Below, piece by piece: positions 27,876-38,099 of a stretch of DNA of 64,000 nt. The notes under the pieces are model-generated. The model saw nothing but the letters and a program-made list of their open reading frames with translations. It was not told the DNA's origin and did no database searches. How positions within the stretch are numbered: position 1 is the first letter of the stretch; each line of letters begins with the position of its first letter. A program made the position numbers and the translations under genes. The stretch is from an uncultured delta proteobacterium (lineage in GTDB: Bacteria > Desulfobacterota > Binatia > UBA9968), in contig CAVSHR010000012.1 in the NCBI GenBank assembly GCA_963727625.1, positions 384,001-448,000 on the forward strand, given 5' to 3'.

Positions 27876-28355
27876 CCGCCGGGCTTACGACAAAATCAAG
27901 ATGAAGCACTTGCCCCCGATGATTTTGCTGCCTTCGCCTCATTTCAGGAACGCAACGACCCGGACAACGACTGCGATGAGTCCTACGCCCGCACCGGTCA
28001 CGGCCGAGATCGTCAGCGATTTTTGCACGGTTTGAAGAACCGTTTCGGTGAGGTTCAGCTTGTCGTTTATTTTTCCGGATTGGCTGTGACCTGTAATTCT
28101 ATCGCCTTTTTTAAATCATCCAGTTGATTCTGAGACCCGGCCCCAGGTTTTCAAAGTGTCGCCGATTCATTTCCGAAAATTGTCGATGGATTCATTGACC
28201 GCAGGGGTGATCATGGCTAGTTGGATCAGAAGTTCAGCAATGGATGGGAGTGGCAACGTCATGATTCCCTTTTCATCCCCTTTTAGAGATATCCCCGTTT
28301 CCTCTCCTTTGAGTTGACTCCGCGAACGAAAATCCGAAATTAAGATTCAAGCAGA

Positions 28356-28691
28356 CTAGTGATACATGGGCCTTCGATCTCTCAGCGCCAGCCAACCGCG
28401 AGCGATCCGGTAGATCGCCCAGACGCCGGCCGCAAAAAAAATCCCCAACGAAAAAGGAATCCCCACTAAAGTAACGAACAGCATGCCGGCGATTACGCAC
28501 CACAGGAGCGAGAACCAGAACGTCCGGATTTGCCGGCGAAAGTGGGACTCGAGGAAGCTGTCTCTCGCTTCTCCCCCCTTTACGTAGTTGACGACGACGG
28601 CAATGATCGAGGGCACACCGAAAACGAAGGCGCCGATAATGGTCGCAGCTCTCGTCAAGCCGATGGAGCAAGAAAAAGTCTCCCGGTACAT
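28356..28691 (-). CDS. Membrane protein (DUF4870-like), probably 5'-truncated
   Basis: GVPSIIAVVVNYVK...FLESHFRRQIRTFW...WAIYRIARGWLAL. Confidence 0.75.
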   Translation of the reverse strand: MYRETFSCSIGLTRAATIIGAFVFGVPSIIAVVVNYVKGGEARDSFLESHFRRQIRTFWFSLLWCVIAGMLFVTLVGIPFSLGIFFAAGVWAIYRIARGWLALRDRRPMYH

Positions 28692-28948
28692 TTTCTCATG
28701 TTAGAACGTTTCGACATTTAGAGAATTCTCGAAACGTGGACGTCCCCCTCCGCATCTGACCTTGACCCCTTGAACGTTTGAACCGCCGCAAGGCATTGAA
28801 CAGAGAGCAGCGGTTGAACTGCTTGACCGTAGCGATTGGAACGACCGGGTTCCGACTGTCGCCTAAGGGCTCATGCCTACATGAGAGCGAAGCGATGGAA
28901 CGACTCGAACGTTTGCAACCGGCCGCGCTAGCGCTCAGACCGCTCAGC

Positions 28949-29599
28949 TCACGGCGTCGACTGATCTCGCGCGGCCAATTCGTTTGGGTTCTCAGAATCA
29001 GCAAGGTATTCGAGCCGGACGGTGGTTATTCCCTGCTCCACCATGCCTAACGCCCTTGCCGCGGCCAGGGAGACGTCGATAATACGACCCTTCACAAACG
29101 GGCCGCGATCATTAATCCGCACGTCAACCGATTTCCCATTGGCTAGATTGGTGACTTTCACTCGACTACCCCAGGGGAGATTTCGATGAGCAGCGGTGAA
29201 TTTCTCCTGCTTAAAAACTTCTCCGCTCGCGGTGCGCTTGTTGTGAAATTTAGGCCCGTACCACGAGGCCAGACCCGTCTCCCTCAGCGTTGGCTGCGCA
29301 GGGGCGGGAATCTTTGCGATCGGCGGGGCGTGTCCGGTTTCCGGCGGGGAAGGAACTTCGACTACCGGCGGAGCCTCACGCGGCGAGAGAGGGATCGGAC
29401 GATTGTCGTTGAAGGGACTGCCGGCTTGGGACTCCGAAGGCAAGACTCCGCGTGTCGACAGCGCACGGTTAGGCGCATCCGAGACGATGCCGCAACCTTG
29501 AGAGGAGATTAGCGCCGCCATCAGGATCCAGGCGTTTACCCGCCACCCTGAGGCCGCCAGTTGGAGAAGTGACGATGATCTTCGAAATAAAGATTGCAT
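28949..29599 (-). CDS. rlpA: RlpA-family septal-ring lytic transglycosylase lipoprotein
   Basis: GLASWYG.KFH..RTASGE.F....FTAAHRNLPWG...VRINDRGPFVKGRIIDVS. Confidence 0.9.
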   Translation of the reverse strand: MQSLFRRSSSLLQLAASGWRVNAWILMAALISSQGCGIVSDAPNRALSTRGVLPSESQAGSPFNDNRPIPLSPREAPPVVEVPSPPETGHAPPIAKIPAPAQPTLRETGLASWYGPKFHNKRTASGEVFKQEKFTAAHRNLPWGSRVKVTNLANGKSVDVRINDRGPFVKGRIIDVSLAAARALGMVEQGITTVRLEYLADSENPNELAARDQSTP

Positions 29600-29622
29600 G
29601 GGTCACCGCGAAGCTTATCTTC

Positions 29623-29638
29623 AGCAATGACCATGCCC
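29623..29638 (-). promoter_or_regulatory. Probable sigma-54 promoter for rlpA
   Basis: Minus strand GGGCATGGTCATTGCT. Confidence 0.55.
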
Positions 29639-30320
29639 TCAAAACGCCATGTGACAGCGGTTGCAACAAGGCCCCAAAGAGCCGCAAACGGCGCATCAGA
29701 CGACAGACGGACAGCGACAATCGTATCCGCTCGTACAACCGCGTACGAAAATGTCCTTTTCAATTATGTTGGAGTACCAAGGGATTTGAGTGACAAGGAA
29801 GATTCCTCAGCGCAAGGCGTCGCGCTTCAAGTGATTTAAAGGCCGGCTGGCTTACGGCGGCTACCGCCTGCTTTGAAAATGTTCGATTTGCTGATCTGGC
29901 CGGACTCCCGTGCGTTAGCTTTGACTGTCGCAGCGGGAAGTTTGAGGACGAGTCACCTTGCGATGCTTACGAGCAGAATGAACACAGTCCCGTCACAACA
30001 TTTGCGAATGAAACCGTCACAATCCGGCTCGCGAAATTTGAACATCAAAAGTAAACCCGCGACCCTTTAGACTCACTTGCGTATGACAAGAGTACACTTG
30101 CAAACCTGACCCCAACGCTTCTCTCAATTAATAAAGCACCCCAAGCATTCCGCGCGACACTTTTATTTCTTTTGAACGAGCGTGACTCGTTAACGACGGG
30201 AACCTAGCGAGGCGATGGAACCCTTGGAACGTCTGAAAGGCTTGGAACCGTCGGCGATTTACTTTTGCCGGTTGCCCATTGCCCGTTGTGATCTTGCTTG
30301 ACGAAGATCCGATCCATGGC

Positions 30321-30941
30321 TCACTTAGTTTTGTGCTGCGCCTCGGGTCCCTTGTAGACCATGTCGACCTCCATCACTTCATAGGAGGCGACGAATTTGT
30401 TATCAAAAGCCCGTCCGCAATAGTGGGTAGGCCGAAGGTTCTCGAGAATCGCGTAGCCATGTTGATCGATGCAGTCCGCATTGACGGAGGCGGCGACAAC
30501 TTCTCCCATCACGGTGAGCCGATGCAGCCACTCTTTGGTCCAGATGACTTTGCACTCGTAATGGGCTTTGCATTCTTCGATGCGCGGCGGATTTAAAGCC
30601 CTTGCCGGGATCGCCGTCAGGCCGGCCTTCTCGAGTTCGTTGACTCCTCGGGCAAACGGGAGGCCCACGACTCTCACTTTCTCGAGAATTTCCCTGTCAA
30701 AGGATGGGATGTTTACGACGAACTCTTCGGTCGCCAACACGTTGTGGTACGTATCCTTGCCTATTTCGACGGTGAACGAGATACAGGTGGGCTCATGATT
30801 CTGCCGGACGCAGGTCGCGAATGAAGCCGCATTGACTCGCCCCTGCTCATCGACCGTTGTGATCATGACGGCGCACGCTACCGGGGAATACAGCCTATCC
30901 CAATGTTCATACGGCACATCGACTTTCGAAATCTTGGCCAT
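30321..30941 (-). CDS. Flavin reductase (DIM6/NTAB) family protein
   Basis: ITTVDEQGRVNAAS, DTYHNVLATEEFVVNI, PPRIEECKAHYECKV. Confidence 0.9.
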   Translation of the reverse strand: MAKISKVDVPYEHWDRLYSPVACAVMITTVDEQGRVNAASFATCVRQNHEPTCISFTVEIGKDTYHNVLATEEFVVNIPSFDREILEKVRVVGLPFARGVNELEKAGLTAIPARALNPPRIEECKAHYECKVIWTKEWLHRLTVMGEVVAASVNADCIDQHGYAILENLRPTHYCGRAFDNKFVASYEVMEVDMVYKGPEAQHKTK

Positions 30942-31359
30942 GATTTTAATCTCCCGTGGCGGCAAGTTCGCAGCATGCGAAGGGTGCGTACTGTCTCGTC
31001 ACGCCCCGCTGTTCAATTGTGCCACCAACCGATCCGTGGTGAATTGGATCATAGGGAATGATTTGGAAGTTTGTCAAGATTCGATGTCCGACAAGCCGAG
31101 GTCGACGCAGACTTAAGCCTGATGGATGCTCTGTGGGATGGCAAAAATTCCAAGCTTTTCGGCTTGATATTCAAGGGTTCAAGGACACCTTCGGAGAGTG
31201 GGACTTCCATCAGGTTAGGTCCGGGATGGAAAGCAGTGGGTTGCGAGACTTCCTGAAAGGCGGGAGCAATGGCTGGGTTGTAAGACTTGAGAGCGGCGCG
31301 CGGCGTATTCACTGAGGCAGGTAGAATCAAGGGACCTAAAGCGTTAGACTGTAGGACAT

Positions 31360-31712
31360 GGGGGCGAAATGGGTTCGACGGGGGTAGGAAGTCAAAGTGG
31401 CATGCCGGGGTTCTGTTATCCCGTTAAACAAACAGACTGCAAACTTAAACGCAGATAATTTTGAATACGCCCTAGCTGCCTAATCGCAGTTAGCGTCTTA
31501 CCGGCTTTCTCCCACGGGGTTGGATAAGACGTCATTCAGTGGGATGGGCCGATTCTCCTGCCGGAGGGGATGAGGCCGAGATCCAAACCGGATAGCTCCG
31601 AGAGACCCAGCCGTTGGGGGCTCGACGAGCGAGATCAAAACAGCGGCTAAGCATGTAGTCATATTTGATGGAAGACCTTCGGACGGGGGTTCGATTCCCC
31701 CCGCCTCCACCA
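31360..31712 (+). ncRNA. ssrA: tmRNA (SsrA)
   Basis: 5' GGGGGCGAAATGGGTTCGAC, 3' GGACGGGGGTTCGATTCCCCCCGCCTCCACCA; tag frame 31451-31483 = ADNFEYALAA*; smpB nearby. Confidence 0.97.
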
Positions 31713-31714
31713 AT
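31678..31714 (+). repeat. attL, 37-bp direct repeat (tmRNA 3' end)
   Basis: TTCGGACGGGGGTTCGATTCCCCCCGCCTCCACCAAT, identical at 41845-41881. Confidence 0.95.
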
Positions 31715-31790
31715 CAGTTTCACCGCTAACGCCTTGTCTTTCCGAGGCTTTCGGGTCGATCACCGATAGGCCGCGACCGCTCCTTACCAG

Positions 31791-31813
31791 GAAAATGTTC
31801 CTGTTTTGTGCCA
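31791..31813 (+). repeat. Putative integrase arm-type site (left)
   Basis: GAAAATGTTCCTGTTTTGTGCCA; 21/23 identical to 41714-41736. Confidence 0.65.
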
Positions 31814-32956
31814 GGTTCGCGGCCAAAGCAGGCGGTTCTTGAGTTTCCTTCACGCCGGTTTCACGGTCCTTGACGGCGGCTTCCAACGCTTCGCCCAGCT
31901 TGTCCATTGCGCTCGCTTTATGCGCCGGGGCTAGGTGAGAGTACCGCAGCGTCATTTCGATTTCCCTATGGCCAAGGATTTCTTTTACCGTGGCCAAATC
32001 CACGCCGCCCATAACCAGATAGCTCGCCGCCGTGTGGCGCAGGTCATGAAACCGGAAGGCCTGGATTTCCGCCGCCTGGCAAACCTTCTTAAAAGCGTCA
32101 TAGATCGTCGTGCGCCCTATCTCTTCGCCCCACGGCCACATAAACAGGTATTCCCCGTAGCGATGCTTTGAGAGCCACTCTATCGCCTCTCTCACGGCGC
32201 GGTTCATCGGAATAGTCTTGAGTTTACGGTTCTTGGTTCTGCCGAAGTAAATCAGCCCGCGCTCAAGATCCAGGTCTTCCCACCGCAGCTGAAGCAGCTC
32301 GCCTTGCCGCGCGCCCGTGTTGAGCGCCAGCGCTACCAGTGGATAGAGCCAAGGCGACGTGACTTGCTTTTCGCAAGCCTTCAGCAGCGCCGGGATTTCC
32401 GTTTCCGATAAATAGCGAATGCGGCCTTCCTGCACCGGGAACGGCGACACGCCAGCCGCAGGATTTGACTGCGCCAAGCCCCACTTCACGGCCATCTTGA
32501 GCATATGCTTTAGCACGGTCAGCTCGCGGTTGACGGTCGATTTCTCTACCTGCTTTTCCCGTTCCCGCTTCCACTTCTCGATTACCCACGGCGTAATGTC
32601 GGCCAGATAGCGCCCGGAGAAATACTTCTTGAAGCCTTCCAGCGCGTAGCGCTCGCGGCTATATGACGCTTTATAGCTCTCCGCGTGCTTGTGGTAGCGC
32701 TCGATCAATTCCGATACGGGGTGCGGTTTCCTGACCTTCTCAAGATTGAACCTACCTTGCGCAATCTCGCCTTCTCTAGCTCTCAGCGCTTCCCGCGCCA
32801 GCTCTCACGTAAAACCCCGCGACTTGCGCCCGACCTTTTCCTTGAGGTCCTTGATAAATTCGCCGCCGTCCGCCCCCACGGTCTTGAACTGATAGCGGAT
32901 GTAATAGGTCACGTCGCCGTTTTTGCCCTTGCGTTCGTAGATGCCCTTGGCCATGC

Positions 32957-33160
32957 CTAGCCCCTCCGTTTCGGTGCCGTCTGTAGCTTCTTGCGCTGCC
33001 CCGCGAGATAGAGCAACGCCAGTTCCGCCAGCTTGGGCAAGGGAATTTCCCCGGTTTCCCAACGGGAGATTGACCGCACATAAAGGTCCATTTCCCTCGC
33101 AAGCTGCGATTGGCTGTAGCCGATGGATTTCCGCAGCTTTGCAAATTCTCGCGGTGTCAT
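32957..33160 (-). CDS. XRE-family helix-turn-helix protein
   Basis: LRKSIGYSQSQLAREMDLYVRSISRWETGEIP. Confidence 0.85.
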   Translation of the reverse strand: MTPREFAKLRKSIGYSQSQLAREMDLYVRSISRWETGEIPLPKLAELALLYLAGQRKKLQTAPKRRG

Positions 33161-33195
33161 AGTCGAATCGACTATAGCCGAAACGGCTGATCACG

Positions 33196-33516
33196 TCAAG
33201 GGTATAATTGGCGTGCTTCCAAGCAATTGCGCGCAAGAAAACTTTCAAGGTCCGGGGCCGCTATGATTACCCGCCGCCCGACCCTCTGCGCTCGCAGCTC
33301 CCGCTTACGGATGTACAGACGGACTGTAGACGGCGCGATACGGGCAACGTCGGCGGCTTCCTTCACGGTCAAATAAGGCTTGGTCGGTTCGGTCGGCGCG
33401 CCAGCGTGGCTGGCAACAACCGATAAAACCTCTTGGCGGATAACTTCCCGCAGTTGCGTCACCGTGAGAGTCACGGCAAGAGGGGAGTTTTGACCGTTAG
33501 CTTTGCCGATATCCAT
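33196..33516 (-). CDS. Excisionase-like HTH (HTH_17) protein
   Basis: YLTVKEAADVARIAPSTVRLYIRKRELRAQRVGRRVII...DLESFL. Confidence 0.85.
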   Translation of the reverse strand: MDIGKANGQNSPLAVTLTVTQLREVIRQEVLSVVASHAGAPTEPTKPYLTVKEAADVARIAPSTVRLYIRKRELRAQRVGRRVIIAAPDLESFLARNCLEARQLYP

Positions 33517-33523
33517 TGGCGTC

Positions 33524-33946
33524 CTAATGCGCAGTGCAAGGCGTTGACGTGCCGCAGGTACAACCACGGATGCGGGTTACAACCCGGTTTTGTGGTGCTG
33601 CCGGTGCTAGCGCCTCGCGTAAGGTTGGCGCAGTTTCCGGCGCCGCGCTTACTACCGCCGTTTCAGTCATTGTTCGATTCTTGTCCCTCAGCCGCCAGTT
33701 ATAGGGCTTATAATCCGGTCGGTGGCGTCGTCGCGGGGGATTTCTAAGCCGCGCTCCCCGGTTGACGGCCACCTTCCGTTCTTCCCAGAGTAATATCAGA
33801 TCGTCGCTTGTGGCCCATATCAGCCCCCGCTTGGTCCAGTCGGGATATAGGGGAAAGTCGTCCAGCTTGTGCCGCCGCAAAACGGTTGCGGGCGACTTCC
33901 AAGCCATCCTTTTGGCGATCAGTCTTAGCGTTCTAAATTCAGCCAT
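33524..33946 (-). CDS. Hypothetical protein (possible HTH N-terminus, C-terminal CTC...CTAH)
   Basis: GGAG upstream; LRLIAKRMAWKSPATV; Cys/His tail. Confidence 0.6.
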   Translation of the reverse strand: MAEFRTLRLIAKRMAWKSPATVLRRHKLDDFPLYPDWTKRGLIWATSDDLILLWEERKVAVNRGARLRNPPRRRHRPDYKPYNWRLRDKNRTMTETAVVSAAPETAPTLREALAPAAPQNRVVTRIRGCTCGTSTPCTAH

Positions 33947-34248
33947 CGTTAGTTAGCTCCTACTCAACGCGCTTCTTGCTCCACCCCGCTCCGGCGAGAT
34001 CGGTCCATCGAATGTACCGACTCGCCTTCGCGGGGATTCCGATCCTTCGGATCGGGTACAAAAAGGGAAGTGACGCGACCCCGTGTCCTCTCTGCAAGCC
34101 ATGAGCCCGAAATCGTGTTGCCCCGTTCAGCCATTGTTTCAAATACCTCAGAAGGTCAGACGCGCTATATAAGATATATATTTCTGACCGATTTGGAGAC
34201 GTGAGGCGCGGGGGCATGATTGCCCCCCGCTGCATCTCTCACAGGACC

Positions 34249-35268
34249 TCAAATATCTGAATCAGGTTGTCGCAATTCGCGCTTCCATATCGCTTCGTGC
34301 CCTTTCGTTCCAGCGCTGACCTTAGTCAAAGGCCCCCCCCGTTTTGAGCGTCGCCGCAGAGCGTCTAAAATGTTGGCGCGTACCTTGTCCTCGTCGCCTT
34401 CAAACCCAAGCCGCTTGATGATCTCGGACGTTGTCAACTCCTCGTCGAGGGCAAAAATGGTGACATAGCGATCAAGCTCCCCAGGAACGAACAACCTGCG
34501 ATCCTCATCAAAGATGAATTTGACGGGGTCGGGCCTCAGTCCCCTCGAAACTTTCTCGAATGACAGTTTCACTGCGGGCTCTACACTTTCAAGCATAATG
34601 TGAAATCGGCAATGCTGCGGGAGTGCAGTGGAGCCGCGTGAAGAACTTTGATGACCGGTTTGAGCATTCTTCTTGGGCCGATGGTGAATCATCAAAGGAG
34701 TAGCCCTTGTTTGCTTCATGATGGCTCGAAGCATGCTAATTTCGTTTTTCATTAATTCAATGGCGTCGTTTTCATTCGACATTAAGAACGTACTCCACGA
34801 GTCGAGCGCGAATACTGCACCATCGGGAATCTGACTAATCAGATATCGAGCTGATTTAAGCTCGCTAAGAAAAAGGTGCGAACCTTCGATTGCGGTTGAA
34901 ATCACCCTAAAACGGCTCATCACCTCAGGTTGCGATTTAAGCGCAGGGAATTGCCGAAACAGCTCATCGACGATATATCCGGCTTCGTCTTCCTGCGATA
35001 TGTAGACTACCGTTCTTGGGATGCTGATTTGGAATGGCGCTCCAGGCATGTCTTGGCCAGTTGCAATGGCATAGAGCATTTGTAAAGCAAAATGCGTCTT
35101 ACCAGTGCCCCCGTCAGCAGTGATAAGTGCCATCGTACGGGCATGCCATAAATCATCGATGATCATGTCGGGCTCTTGAGCGGGCCTGTTAACATAGTCC
35201 GCGAGTAGAAAATTTTCCGGTTCGCCCTGGTTGCTATTTAGGATGGCAACATTGTTCGCTTTGGCCAT
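34249..35268 (-). CDS. AAA_25/RepA-like (RecA-fold) helicase
   Basis: AAGAGGGAG RBS; ADGGTGKT Walker A, VVYISQED, FALDSW, MIHH, SSRGSTAL; winged-helix-like C-terminus. Confidence 0.85.
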   Translation of the reverse strand: MAKANNVAILNSNQGEPENFLLADYVNRPAQEPDMIIDDLWHARTMALITADGGTGKTHFALQMLYAIATGQDMPGAPFQISIPRTVVYISQEDEAGYIVDELFRQFPALKSQPEVMSRFRVISTAIEGSHLFLSELKSARYLISQIPDGAVFALDSWSTFLMSNENDAIELMKNEISMLRAIMKQTRATPLMIHHRPKKNAQTGHQSSSRGSTALPQHCRFHIMLESVEPAVKLSFEKVSRGLRPDPVKFIFDEDRRLFVPGELDRYVTIFALDEELTTSEIIKRLGFEGDEDKVRANILDALRRRSKRGGPLTKVSAGTKGHEAIWKRELRQPDSDI

Positions 35269-35390
35269 TTTGCTCCCTCTTCTTAAGGTAAATGACTTTT
35301 TTGGGTGCTGTTCTCAGCGCTAGAACCTCACCTCCACATAAACCGAATTTTAACGAACAAAGGCTCTAACTGCGAAAAAACCAGGAAGGG

Positions 35391-36398
35391 TCAAAACGCG
35401 CTTTTTGGCAGGCCCAAATCTTGAGCAAGGGTACCCGGTTCGCCCAAAAGGCGAGGGCGAAGGTACGTAGCCAGTATTTCGGAAAGGACGGGATTGGATC
35501 GTAGCTTTCGCGTGTTTGGCTGGACGTAAGTGTAATGAAATGACTCAATCTCTGAGACGATATTGTCCGAATCAAGCTTGCTGCGCATCAGCGGACCAAG
35601 CGCACTCAAGCGGCGCAAGCCGGAGATGCCTTTAAGCGCGCGACTCACAATAAACGCGGTGTAGAATCGTCGGCGATCGTGCTGTCGCTGAATCCAATGA
35701 AATCCCTCGATCTGGGAAGCTTCGTCAAGAATGCATTTCAATTCTTGGGAGGATTCACGCCCCTCTGCCAACTCATCCATTACGATTTGGTTCGCAACCG
35801 CAGCGGCAACACCGACCCAATACGTAAGCGGGCGGTCCGGCGTCGCTCCGCCCGGCTGCCGCTTCGCGTAATGACAAGCCATGGCCAGCATTCCACTTAA
35901 CCGTTGCGCGAAGTCGGCCAATACTGTTTCTAAATTTTCATGGGGCAATGTTTGAATCTTGCTGCCCAACTTTACTGTGACTTTCGCCGGTAGTTTAGAG
36001 TGAAGCGCCAGCGTCGAGGCTTGTAAGAGCGCGATCGCTTTTTCCCATTGTGGCTTGCTGCTGGAAAAGGTTATGGCTTGAGCTTCAATCGTCGGAACGT
36101 TACTCTTTGTTTTCTTTTGGAGGGCCCTAATCTTCTTTGCGGCACCGGGAGAAATCCACGACGTGCAAGGTTTACGTAGATTGACAATGAATTGATTCCG
36201 TCGAAGCGGAGGGGGGTAATTCAGGCTCCAGTGTAAGGCTCCCGTGATAATCGTCGCCCAATTGATGCAATCTTCTCCCTGCTTTGGCAGGTCGTGCCTC
36301 TTAATGGCCACGCTCACTGTGATACCGCACTCGGCAAGGTTCAATGACAATTTGATCGGCGCGGCTATTCTTTTCTGCTTTGAAGAAATATCTAACAC
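35391..36398 (-). CDS. Hypothetical protein
   Basis: 335-aa open frame in an AT-richer segment; no motif recognised. Confidence 0.6.
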   Translation of the reverse strand: MLDISSKQKRIAAPIKLSLNLAECGITVSVAIKRHDLPKQGEDCINWATIITGALHWSLNYPPPLRRNQFIVNLRKPCTSWISPGAAKKIRALQKKTKSNVPTIEAQAITFSSSKPQWEKAIALLQASTLALHSKLPAKVTVKLGSKIQTLPHENLETVLADFAQRLSGMLAMACHYAKRQPGGATPDRPLTYWVGVAAAVANQIVMDELAEGRESSQELKCILDEASQIEGFHWIQRQHDRRRFYTAFIVSRALKGISGLRRLSALGPLMRSKLDSDNIVSEIESFHYTYVQPNTRKLRSNPVLSEILATYLRPRLLGEPGTLAQDLGLPKSAF

Positions 36399-36570
36399 GA
36401 TAAACCCACAGCAAAAGCAAGTTTTTTTTCTAATTTACTCTTTTCTTTCGTTGCTAAAAAGCAAAATATGACGAAACAGAAAATTAGAGGCCGCGCCCTC
36501 ACCTCAAGGTGCGACAACCGCAGCTAGAGAAGAAGCAAGCTTAAGCCGTGATTGCCGACAAGGAGGACTT

Positions 36571-36930
36571 ATGGAACTTCAGCTTGAATGGATCAGACCG
36601 ATAGTTTTCGCTTTGTTTACGATCTGGCTTTTTTCCAATCTTATTTGGGATTTCATTCTGACTGTGATTAAGACCTACGAGCGTATGCGGAGTGACGAGG
36701 CTAGCATTTTTGATTTCAAAGCAGAGATTCAAGGTTTCGCTGTGCTATGTGTTTTGGTTGGGTGGGCACTCGTTTATTTGTATCGCTCGTTTCAAGAGCC
36801 GGCGTCGGTGACTTGGGTTACCTGGACTATCGCAGGTGTATCAGTTGCAGTTGCCGCTTGGGTCAATCGCATAGTGGAAAACAAATGGCGGCGTATGGAT
36901 TGGGGACCTATAGGGCCTGAACGGTTATAA
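36571..36930 (+). CDS. Hypothetical membrane protein (about 3 TM)
   Basis: AAGGAGG RBS; three hydrophobic segments. Confidence 0.75.
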   Translation: MELQLEWIRPIVFALFTIWLFSNLIWDFILTVIKTYERMRSDEASIFDFKAEIQGFAVLCVLVGWALVYLYRSFQEPASVTWVTWTIAGVSVAVAAWVNRIVENKWRRMDWGPIGPERL

Positions 36931-36973
36931 CTGGTCATCACCATCCACGGTCATATGCCCGGAAGCGCTTCTC

Positions 36974-37324
36974 TTATCGCCGCAACGTTGCATTTGCTAA
37001 CCGCCACTGTATGAGGTTGTCATGTGTGGTCGCTTCACAGCTACGTTCAATTTCCGCCAGATCAAGATCCGCTGGAACCTCCAGGGCGATCTTTCCTTCG
37101 GACCGCGCTACAACATTACCCCACTTCTCGCAGTTTGAATCGACTGAAACCGATATGGCTGATAAATTCTTTAAAGCTATACGATTCTCGGTCAAATCAC
37201 CTAACTGTGCTTCGGCTGGCATTACTGCCCAACCTAGAATGCAAGTGAGAAAAATAGTTGCACAAATATATGCCACTATGAGCGAGCCGAATGACCAAGG
37301 TTTCAGCAACATATCCGCTCCCAA
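36974..37324 (-). CDS. Hypothetical exported protein, possibly truncated
   Basis: Signal peptide ending AEA. Confidence 0.45.
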   Translation of the reverse strand: MGADMLLKPWSFGSLIVAYICATIFLTCILGWAVMPAEAQLGDLTENRIALKNLSAISVSVDSNCEKWGNVVARSEGKIALEVPADLDLAEIERSCEATTHDNLIQWRLANATLRR

Positions 37325-37403
37325 TTGCTATTCACTCCTGCGTGCGGCGCCAGTCGATGTTAAAGCAAGCAAGCTGGCTCCACTTATGAGGAGAAAATCA
37401 CGG

Positions 37404-38099
37404 TTAATAACACGAGACTGTGTAGAAGCTTTGGAGTATTTGACCATAGCAGTTCGTCGGTGGACGGTACGCTCGTGCATTGGCAAGCGCATACGCCTGT
37501 AATCCCGCCGCCAGCGCTAACCCGGTTGACCGCAGCGCACGCTCAATTCGCGCATCCTGCTCATCGGCTTTGATAGTGTTCGCCCTCAGCAATACTGCTT
37601 CATTCTTGGTTTGGTCTATCATCCATGTCCACGCATAATTAAACAGCGCCCTATGCTCCTCTGGCGTAATCTCCCCCGCATCAATGGCGTTCGCCAGATG
37701 GCGAGCCGCCGCAAGCATGTATTCCTCATAAATTTTCAGTGTGAAACGTTTCCTTGCTTCCTCCTCGTGCACTTGAACAATTACCGCGTGTGCCGGGAGC
37801 CAGCGCCACGTCCAATCGTCTGTATAAGGGCTGTTTGTGAACTTCCATAGGCGATAATCGCAGCCCTGAAAAGGGTCCGACCCAGTATGCCTTACTTGCA
37901 CTCCCTTCTTATATTCGGTGATGCCGGTCGGTTGTTTGGGGCACATTGAATTAAGCCGCAGGCGTGCCGCAATCCACGCTTCGTCCTTAAGTTTTAGCTC
38001 CTGCTCAAACTGCGCCTCTTCGCGGCGAGCCATCGCACCGGCACAGGCTTGCAAGAAGATTAATGCTACTATCCAAATCAGTCGAATGAACTTCTCCAT
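37404..38099 (-). CDS. Hypothetical lipoprotein
   Basis: GGAGG RBS, MEKFIRLIWIVALIFLQAC lipobox; C-terminal TNC...VSCY. Confidence 0.7.
   Translation of the reverse strand: MEKFIRLIWIVALIFLQACAGAMARREEAQFEQELKLKDEAWIAARLRLNSMCPKQPTGITEYKKGVQVRHTGSDPFQGCDYRLWKFTNSPYTDDWTWRWLPAHAVIVQVHEEEARKRFTLKIYEEYMLAAARHLANAIDAGEITPEEHRALFNYAWTWMIDQTKNEAVLLRANTIKADEQDARIERALRSTGLALAAGLQAYALANARAYRPPTNCYGQILQSFYTVSCY

Larger units (their letters stand above)
31659..32954 (-). pseudogene. Tyrosine recombinase/integrase with in-frame TGA at 32805-32807; 3' end reads through attL into tmRNA
   Basis: ATG 32954 (MAKGIYERK...YYIRY), RGFT*ELAREAL in the same frame as the catalytic part (TGAR.GEL, FHDLRHT, LGH, RYSH). 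The ORF track splits it into two. Confidence 0.85.

Noticed and set aside
28760-30260. GAAC-periodic repeats as a CRISPR array
   Set aside because: Units are short and degenerate with no 30-40-nt spacers, and there are no cas genes.
31498-31723. ORFs MVEAGGIEPPS... and MKLIGGGGGNRTPV...
   Set aside because: Antisense translations of the tmRNA 3' end.
32805-32807. Selenocysteine or recoded TGA in the integrase (also 62826 and the thiolase stop)
   Set aside because: No evident SECIS hairpin; TGA is a normal stop for many intact genes here; nonsense mutation is simpler.
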